Source: Eledone cirrhosa (taxonomy: Eukaryota). From it: DNA of 64,000 nucleotides. The stretch is from assembly GCA_964016885.1 (NCBI GenBank), contig CAXHJY010001477.1, positions 620,001-684,000 of the forward strand. Reading direction: 5' to 3'. Each line of letters opens with the position of its first letter. The stretch's first letter is position 1. Positions 1-7,800 of this stretch are shown here, one piece after another. The notes below the pieces were generated by a model. That model saw nothing but the letters and a program-made list of their open reading frames with translations. It made no database searches and was not told the DNA's origin. The translations under genes and the position numbers were made by a program.

Positions 1-239
1 GGCAGTGAGAGATAAGGGGGGGGTGAGAGATAGGGGGAGGGAGGGGGTTCAACAACTCAGTAATATTAGTATATTGCTATTATTGTAAAATATTGAGGTT
101 TCATTGAATAATAAATTGAAAAAGTTGTGAAAACATTCTCACACTATTTGTAACTTCAAACAGGAAATATAATCAAGTAAAAATGGACACTAACAGATTA
201 GTGGTGAAATACATGAAAATGTGTGTGTGAATATATATA

Positions 240-631
240 TAGTTGTCACTCCCCCCCCCCCCCCCCCCCGGTATTGGCAGGGGTTGCATTCCTAGAACAC
301 CCACGAAGAGTGAAAAACCACGAATATTGGACGTGGTCCATAAAAATGCCTATAAGCGTCAAAATATAATGTAAAATATAATAAAATAAAGAGGGAACGT
401 CTTATACGAAGGGGCATCCAATAGGCCAGTAAATATGGGAAATTGTTAATAATTTAGTGTTAAAAAATATATATTGCCATGAAAAAAGCCATAAAACAAA
501 TCACGGAAGATATTTACAATTCCGCAAATATGTGGTGGTTTCCACGAACAATTATTAGTTAGGTTCTGAGGAAAATTCTGTGAATAATGGGGACCGCGAA
601 TATTGTGACCACGAATGTGGGGGCTACACTG
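240..631. mobile_element. Non-autonomous DNA transposon (MITE), pogo/Tigger-like Tc1-mariner superfamily, decayed
   Basis: The right end ...CCACGAATGTGGGGGCTACACTG is followed by TA. The left end TA|TAGTTGTCACTCCCC...GGTATTGGCAGG is an imperfect inverted copy (CAGT->TAGT, expanded C-run at 251-269). A subterminal CCRCGAA motif recurs at ~301, 318, 542, 595 and 609. It is inserted in (TA)n, consistent with a TA target-site duplication. Family assignment is from recalled Tigger-like end structure. Confidence 0.6.
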
Positions 632-917
632 TATATATGTCTACATATATAATTAAAATATCACAGGCCATATTCAGTTGATTCAGGGTTTTTTTAAACT
701 CTGTTATATGTATTACACTGAGGACTGTCAGTTATGATAGACTGAGCTCTTCAGATGGCAAAACCTATAAAAATCAATGAAAGTTCCTAAAAAAATATCT
801 TTAAGTTTTGAAAAATCCAATAACTTCCTTGAAAAAGATTTTCTTTTCATGATTCAGGGGGCCGACTGACCGCGTGGTGCTGTTTCTTCAGCGGTCGAAA
901 CCTCTGTATGTGTGTGT

Positions 918-1582
918 CATCATCATCATCAACGTTTAACGTCCGTGTTCCACGCTTGCATGGGTTTGGACGGGGGTATTCCCACTTGAGGCAAGAGTGA
1001 TTGTCTTGCTCGCATAGGACTGTCTGGCGGGTTTTCTACAGTTGGATGCCCTTCCTAACACCAACCACATTTACAGTGTGGGTCTGGGAGGTTTTTACCG
1101 TGTTGCCTACACGGCCACATTACAGCGTGGACTGTGTGTTTTTTGTCGTGACAGCTACACGATCTCATTTGTTTCGGCCTGGATGTTGTGGCACCAACAT
1201 AACTTTACATAGGAGGGGGTGGTGTGGATGGGGTGTGGGTGGTGGGACGTGGGTGTATTTTGTTAGAGATGCCTACTGACTGTAGTAGGTTTTACTATGT
1301 ATTTAGGTAAGGCGGGTCTTCTCTATTACTGAGTACCGCCAAAGGTCTCGGTCCAGTGACATTGTCTTGGAGAGGTGTAAGTGTGTGAGGTCGGAGTTTA
1401 TCAGCTCATCCCAGGTTTTTCTGGGTCTGCCTATTCCGTGGTACCGTCTATCTTTATTGCCCTGCACTTTGTTATACAGCTATCGTCCTTCATGCGTATT
1501 ACGTGACCATACCAACGTAGCCTTCTCTCGAGTAGACAACATCTGATCCCTCTTATTTCTAATTTTTTCCTTAGTTCTTGTG
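918..1582 (-). mobile_element. 5'-truncated RTE-clade LINE: ORF2 C-terminus, 3' UTR and (GAT)n tail
   Basis: The minus strand reads ELRKKLEIRGIRCCLLERRLRWYGHVIRMKDDSCITKC..., then after a frameshift near 1435 GRPRKTWDELINSDL...DRDLWRYSVIEKTRLT* (stop 1303-1305). LRWYGHV.RM, GRPRKTW and DR..W are typical of the RTE ORF2 C-terminus. The 3' UTR ends in GGACGTTAAACGTTGATGATGATG (the CAT repeats at 918-930). Confidence 0.85.
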
Positions 1583-2183
1583 TATATATATATATGGTGG
1601 CTGCCAACTTGTTTTCAAGTATGGCCACTACTTTATATCCATGTAGGAGAACCCCTACCGATGCGCTGAACGAGTGTGACTTTTTAGTCCAGCCAGCGAC
1701 TTGAAAACTCTGGTACAAACACTACACTTGTGACAATTATTGACATATAGTGCTGGGCCCATGGTACATGTGATGACAAGTGCAGATAGATCTCCAGATA
1801 TAAAGCAATGCCTGTGCCGTGAAGCTTTTATAGTGAGCAAAGGCACTGCACAAAGCCAGTCCCACTCTCTTAACCAAGATGATATTTACCAAAAAGAAGA
1901 ACAAGTCAACATCATTGGATACCATGAGGGTTGCAGGTGTTATATCAGAGTTTTCCTTCTCCTAGAATTCTGCCTTGACAAAGGCTAAGGGGTCATCTCT
2001 CCCGGTGATTTTGGATGGCCATTGACTCTTGGATGGCCATTGACAGGTTTTGTTTTTAGTCCTGCAGGATGTCCAAAGTCACCCTCCTCACCAAGAAACC
2101 TTGGTGGGGTTGCCAGTTTAGTCGCCAACGACTCGACCATGAGACAGGTTGTACTGGGATACATGTTACCAGTAGCACCAACA
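1583..2183 (-). mobile_element. Internally deleted RTE (BovB-type) LINE derivative: 5' UTR joined to C-terminal C2H2 zinc finger, 3' UTR and (AT)n tail
   Basis: Minus strand 1655-1726 encodes CSVCTRVFKSLAGLKSHTRSAHR* (C-x2-C-x3-F-x5-L-x2-H-x4-H), followed by a short UTR and (AT)n at 1583-1595. The other end carries motifs I recall from RTE 5' UTRs: TCTAGGAGAAGGAAAACTCTGAT (1944-1966) and GTCGTTGGCGACTAAA (2117-2132). A 16-bp direct repeat TTGGATGGCCATTGAC sits at 2011 and 2029. Confidence 0.55.
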
Positions 2184-2207
2184 ATATATATATACATATA
2201 TACATAC

Positions 2208-2240
<33 letters not shown>

Positions 2241-2339
2241 CATACATATATATATATACATTATATATATATATATATATATACATTATATATATATATA
2301 TATATACATACATATATATATACATACATATATATATAT
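2184..2339. repeat. Compound (TA)n/(TACA)n microsatellite
   Basis: Directly visible. It produces the spurious IYIY/YIYI ORFs in the track. Confidence 0.95.
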
Positions 2340-2550
2340 CTAACACCAGCATTCAAATCACCCAGCACTACACATTTCTCATTCCTATTTACATTTTTCA
2401 ATACTAGTTGCAGATCCACATAAAATTTATCTATTCCTTCTAAGGCATTTACAAGAAACAAATGAAGTGTACACACTGACTGACCAAAATCATAAAGTGG
2501 TTAAAGTGGAGTGGCAACATAAGTGTCATGGTTTGATCAGAGATACCATG
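2340..2550 (-). mobile_element. LINE apurinic-like endonuclease (APE) domain fragment, RTE-like, frameshifted
   Basis: The minus strand gives HGISDQTMTLMLPLHFNHFMILVS, then in another frame [34 protein letters not shown]. This matches the APE motifs RLMTLRLPL...VS.YAP, F.Y..L and LGD.NA.VG. Microsatellite-like sequence lies on both sides. Confidence 0.75.
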
Positions 2551-2710
2551 CACATACAAATATATGTGTGTGTATGTAGTAGAAATAAAAGAAATCCTTT
2601 GTACAAGAAAAATATATATATATGATAAATGATAGGAATGATTTTTCTGATTCTTATTCTTTAGTGCATTAATTATCACAAAAGTTATTCTTATATATAT
2701 GTATATGTAT

Positions 2711-2960
2711 TATCATCATCGTTTAACGTCCATCTTCCACGCTTGCATGGGTCTGGACAGGAGTTTTCCCACTTGAGGCAAGATTGGTTGTCTTGCTCGT
2801 ATGGGATATATATATACACGCACATATACATGCATACATAAATATACATATCTCTACACACATACATAAATATATATATATCTACATACATAATTAGTGT
2901 GTGCTGGGTGCTTTTTGCTGTGACTCCTACACAATCACTTTACAGTGTGGCTTGGATGTT
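2711..2960 (-). mobile_element. Second, interrupted copy of the 3' end of the RTE LINE at 918-1582
   Basis: 2711-2805 (CATCATCGTTTAACGTCCATCTTCCACGCTTGCATGGGT...CCCACTTGAGGCAAGA...TTGTCTTGCTCG) aligns with 918-1017. 2897-2960 aligns more loosely with 1127-1187. The middle is occupied by microsatellite. Confidence 0.8.
2806..2892. repeat. Degenerate (TA)/(CA)/(TACA) microsatellite
   Basis: Directly visible low-complexity run. Confidence 0.85.
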
Positions 2961-2972
2961 TGTAATTATATT

Positions 2973-3028
2973 TATATATATATATACACAGACACACACA
3001 CACACACACATACATACAAACATACATA
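2973..3028. repeat. (TA)n-(CA)n-(CATA)n microsatellite
   Basis: Directly visible. Confidence 0.9.
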
Positions 3029-3240
3029 AAGTTAGTTCAATAAAGGCAACTGACAAAGCTAAGAACTGTATCCAACACCATAAACCTAACTACATTAACA
3101 AAATGCATTAATAAAGAATTTAGCATATTTTTAATGGTGTTAAGTGTTCCTCTTTCATCTAAATTCATGGAACCTAAAGTTAATGTAATAATATGGAAAA
3201 CTGCAAACTTAGCTTTATGTATAATAAACTAATCAATATG

Positions 3241-3570
3241 TGGCTTGGCCAGATGGTTAAGAAGTTCTCTACATAAGTTCAAATAAGTTCAGGGTTCAAT
3301 CAAACTGTATAGCATCTTGGAGAAATGTCATTTACCATAGCTTCAGTTAAACCCAAGCTTTGTAAGTGAAATTGAGTAGACAGAAACTATATGGAAGCCT
3401 GTCAGCAAAGTGCCAGCCATTACCTACACAGTTTCACAACCAATCTCCAAGAGAATTACATTAAGGGCACATATATCTATAGAATGCTGAACCTCTTACA
3501 GATTAATTTCACCAGCAGGCTGTACAGTTAATCAGACAACTGAAATACTCATTATTAAAAGTGAGATCTA
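3241..3570 (+). mobile_element. Decayed tRNA-derived SINE (octopus-type)
   Basis: Pol III A-box-like TGGCCAGATGG (3246-3256) and B-box-like GGTTCAATCA (3293-3302). The body (CTTGGAGAAATGTC...CTTTGTAAGTGAAATTGAGTAGACAGAAACT...GAAGCCTGTC; TTAAGGGCACA...TTAATTTCACCAGCAGGCTGT) resembles Octopus SINE sequence as I recall it. No cloverleaf is present. Ends are approximate. Confidence 0.6.
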
Positions 3571-3879
3571 TTTCTTTCTGTTGCAAACATTTGGGACAAG
3601 TCTCCAGTTTGAGAATAATAAGGTCCTTCGTTTCTCTTACCTGTCACAGGCCCCAAGAATAGGGTTATGGATGCTGCCCTATCTTTTTCTATGTTAGGAG
3701 AGCAATGTGTATGTACGACTACATTATCCAATGTATCCCACCTTTTCCAGACAATAAGGTATAATGCAAGAGAGATTTGGCAACTATTTCTAGAAGTATG
3801 TCAGTTTATATCAAGACGTTGTTGGGGAAAAGTGTTAGAAATGATACTGGTGACGAAACGAAGGAGTCCTGGAAATATT

Positions 3880-4169
3880 AATTTGAGACTGACGAGACCA
3901 CAGCTCTGATACTATGAAGGGCATGTGCTTAGAATGTCCCAGGAAATAAATGCTGGACAGATTTGACAGGCAAAACCAACTGGCAGGAGACCCAGGAGTA
4001 GACACCAAGTAAGATGGTTGGATAACATCCATAAGCTGGGCTGGTTCTGCTTGGAGATCTAGCTGGATCAGTTGAAGACACAGGCTTCTAACACGACCCG
4101 CTGGAAAGAGTGTTTGAGGACTCTGCCCACAGGACCCTCTCAGGAATAAGTACGCGAAAAAAAATAAAA
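3880..4169 (+). mobile_element. RTE-clade LINE 3' fragment (ORF2 C-terminus with in-frame stops) ending in an A-rich tail
   Basis: One frame from ~3883 reads LRLTRPQL*YYEGHVLRMSQEINAGQI*QAKPTGRRPRSRHQVRWLDNIHKLGWFCLEI*LDQLKTQASNTTRWKECLRTLPTGPSQE* (stop 4147-4149). This matches QLRW.GHV.RM / PTGKRPRGRP..RW.D.I / LPPRP. It is followed by AAAAAAAATAAAA at 4157-4169. The 5' limit is uncertain. Confidence 0.8.
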
Positions 4170-4244
4170 CTGATGAATGTTGAGAATGAAGATCAGGAAG
4201 AGACACTACCTCCAACATAGATGACAGAAGGACCTGCTATTGTA
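4167..4244 (+). pseudogene. LINE ORF2 remnant (linker upstream of RT domain) spanning the satellite boundary; putative progenitor of the monomer
   Basis: In-frame translation gives KLMNVENEDQEETLPPT*MTEGPAIV. This is collinear without gaps with the RTE pre-RT motif I recall as roughly RLLNVENEWEEESLPNVDPTEGPAIRI. The comparison is from memory and needs BLASTX. Confidence 0.6.
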
Positions 4245-4827
4245 GTTGAGGAAGAGACACTACCTCCAACTTAGATGACAGAAGGACCTGCTGTTGAACT
4301 TGAGGAAGAGACACTACCTCCAACTTAGATGACAGAAGGACCTGCTATTGAAGTTGAGGAAGAGACACTACATCCAACTTAGATGAGAGAGACCTGATGT
4401 TGAAGTTGAGAAAGAGACACTACCTCCAACTTAGATGAGAGAAGGACCTGCTATTGAAGTTGAGGAAGAGACACTACCTTCAACTTAGATGACAGAAGGA
4501 CCTGCTATTGAAGTTGAGGAAGAGACACTACCTCCAACTTAGATGACAGAAGGACCTGCTGTTGAAGTTGAGGAAGAGACACTACCTCCAACTTAGATGA
4601 CAGAAGGACCTGCTATTGTAGTTGAGGAAGAGACACTACCTCCAACTTAGATGACAGAAGGACTATTGTAGTTGAGGAAGAGACACTACCTCCAACTTAG
4701 ATGACAGAAGGACCTGCTATTGAAGTTGGGGAAGAGACACTACCTCCAACTTAGATGACAGAAGGACCTGCTATTGAAGTTGAGGAAGAGACACTACCTC
4801 CAACTTAGATGACAGAAGGACTATTGT

Positions 4828-7800
4828 AGTTGAGGAAGAGACACTACCTCCAACTTAGATGACAGAAGGACCTGCTATTGAAGTTGAGGAAGAGACACTA
4901 CCTCCAACTTAGATGACAGAAGGACCTGCGATTGTAGTTGAGGAAGAGACACTACCTCCAACTTAGATGACAGAAGGACTATTGAACTTGAGGAAGAGAC
5001 ACTACCTCTAACTTAGATGACAGAAGGACCTGCTATTGAAGTTGAGGAAGAGACACTACCTCCAACTTAGATGACAGAAGGACCTGCTATTGAAGTTGAG
5101 GAAGAGACACTACCTCCAACTTAGATGACAGAAGGACTATTGAAGGTGAAGAAGAGACACTACCTCCAACTTAGATGACAGAAGGACCTGCTATTGAAGT
5201 TGAGGAAGAGACACTACCTCCAACTTAGATGACAGAAGGACCTGCTATTGTAGTTGAGGAAGAGACACTACCTCCAACTTAGATGACAGAAGGACTATTG
5301 AAGTTGAGGAAGAGACACTACCTCCAACTTAGATGACAGAAGGACCTGCTATTGTAGTTGAGGAAGAGACACTACCTCCAACTTAGATGACAGAAGGACC
5401 TGCTATTGTAGTTGCGGAAGAGACACTACCTCCAACTTAGATGACAGAAGGACTATTGAAGTTGAGTAAGAGACACTACCTCCAACTTAGATGACAGAAG
5501 GACCTGCTATTGTAGTTGAGGAAGAGACACTACCTCCAACTTAGATGACAGAAGGACCTGCTATTGTAGTTGAGGAAGAGACACTACCTCCAACTTAGAT
5601 GACAGAAGGACCTGCAATTGAAGTTGAGGAAGAGACACTACCTCCAACTTAGATGACAGAAGGACTATTGAAGTTGAGGAAGAGACACTACCTCCAACTT
5701 AGATGACAGAAGGACCTGCTATTGAAGTTGAGGAAGAGACACTACCTCCAACTTAGATGACAGAAGGACCTGCTATTGTAGTTGAGGAAGAGACACTACC
5801 TCCAACTTAGATGACAGAAGGACTATTGAAGTTGAGGAAGAGACACTACCTCCAACTTAGATGACAGAAGGACCTGCTATTGAAGTTGAGGAAGAGACAC
5901 TACCTCCAACTTAGATGACAGAAGGACCTGCTATTGTAGTTGAGGAAGAGACACTACCTCCAACTTAGATGACAGAAAGACCTGCTATTGTAGGTGAGGA
6001 AGAGACACTACCTCCAACTTAGATGACAGAAGGACCTGCTATTGAAGTTGAGGAAGAGACACTACCTCCAACTCAGATGACAGAAGGACCTGCTATTGTA
6101 GTTGAGGAAGAGACACTACCTACAACTTAGATGACAGAAGGACCTGCTATTGAAGTTGAGAAAGAGACACTACCTCCAACTTAGATGACAGAAGGACCTG
6201 CTATTGTAGTTGAGGAAGAGACACTACCTACAACTTAGATGACAGAAGGACCTGCTATTGAAGTTGAGAAAGAGACACTACCTCCAACTTAGATGACAGA
6301 AGGACCTGCTATTGAAGTTGAGGAAGAGACACTACCTCCAACTTAGATGACAGAAGGACCTGCTATTGAAGTTGAGAAAGAGACACTACCTCCAACTTAG
6401 ATGACAGAAGGACCTGCTATTGAAGTTGAGGAAGAGACACTACCTCCAACTTAGATGACAGAAGGACCTGCTACTGTAGTTGAGGAAGAGACACTACCTC
6501 CAACTTAGATGACAGAAGGACTATTGAAGTTGAGGAAGAGACACTACCTCCAACTTAGATGACAGAAGGACCTGCTATTGTAGTTGAGGAAGAGACACTA
6601 CCTCCAACTTAGATGACAGAAGGACCTGCTATTGTAGTTGAGGAAGAGACACTATCTCCAACTTAGATGACAGAAGGACCTGCTATCGTAGTTGAGGAAG
6701 AGACACTACCTCCAACTTAGATGACAGAAGGACCTGCTATTGAAGTTGAGGAAGAGACACTACCTCTAACTTAGATGACAGAAGGACCTGCTATTGAAGT
6801 TGAGGAAGAGACACTACCTCCAACTTAGATAACAGAAGGACCTGCTATTGAAGTTGAGGAAGAGACACTACATCCAACTTAGATAACAGAAGGACCTGCT
6901 ATTGAAGTTGAGGAAGAGACACTACCTACAACTTAGATGACAGAAGGACCTGCTGTTGAAGTTGAGGAAGAGACACTACCTCCAACTTAGATGACAGAAG
7001 GACCTGCTATTGAAGTTGAGGAAAAGACACTACCTCCAACTTAGATGACAGAAGGACCTGCTATTGAAGTTGAGGAAGAGACACTACCTCCAACTTAGAT
7101 GACAGAAGGACTATTGAAGTTGAGGAAGAGACACTACCTCCAACTTAGATGACAGAAGGACCTGCTATTGAAGTTGAGGAAGAGACACTACCTCCAACTT
7201 AGATGACAGAAGGACATGCTATTGAAGGTGAGGAAGAGACACTACCTCCAACTTAGATGACAGAAGGACCTGCTATTGAAGGTGAGGAAGAGACACTACC
7301 TCCAACTTAGATGACAGAAGGACCTGATATTGAAGTTGAGGAAGAGACACTACCTCCAACTTAGATGACAGAAGGACCTGCTATTGAAGTTGAGGAAGAG
7401 ACACTACCTCCAACTTAGATGACAGAAGGACCTGCTATTGTAGTTGCGGAAGAGACACTACCTCCAACTTAGATGACAGAAGAACTATTGAAGTTGAGGA
7501 AGAGACACTACCTCCAACTTAGATGACAGAAGGACCTGCTATTATAGTTGAGGAAGAGACACTACCTCCAACTTAGATGACAGAAGGACCTGCTATTGTA
7601 GTTGAGGAAGAGACACTACTTCCAACTTAGATGACAGAAGGACCTGCAATTGAAGTTGAGGAAGAGACACTACCTCCAACTTAGATGACAGAAGGACTAT
7701 TGAAGTTGAGGAAGAGACACGACCTCCAACTTAGATGACAGAAGGACCTGCTATTGAAGTTGAGGAAGAGACACTACCTCCAACTTAGATGACAGAAGGA

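Noticed and set aside
1-48. G-rich run with G-quadruplex potential and a short GTGAGAGATA duplication
   Set aside because: This is low-complexity sequence truncated at the window edge, with no context suggesting function.
1001-1279. 92-aa plus-strand ORF
   Set aside because: It is antisense to a LINE 3' UTR, has a non-ATG start and shows no recognisable motif.
1655-1846. Host C2H2 zinc-finger gene exon
   Set aside because: It is a single finger immediately followed by a stop, a short UTR and an (AT)n tail, which fits an RTE LINE C-terminus better. No supporting exon structure is visible.
2022-3111. ORFs rich in IYIY/THTH/VYMY from the ORF track
   Set aside because: These are translations of TA/CA microsatellites. 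Only the LGDLNA and MTLMLPL portions are meaningful, as LINE endonuclease remnants.
3241-3320. tRNA gene
   Set aside because: A/B-box-like motifs are present, but there is no acceptor stem or cloverleaf and the sequence continues into a SINE-like body.
3700-3795. Possible further cephalopod interspersed-repeat fragment (ACATTATCCAATGT...GAGATTTGGCAACTATTTCTAG)
   Set aside because: It looks familiar, but I cannot define ends or family from the sequence alone, so it is not called.
3835-4218. 127-aa minus-strand ORF
   Set aside because: It is the antisense shadow of the plus-strand RTE fragment and runs across the A-tail and the satellite junction.
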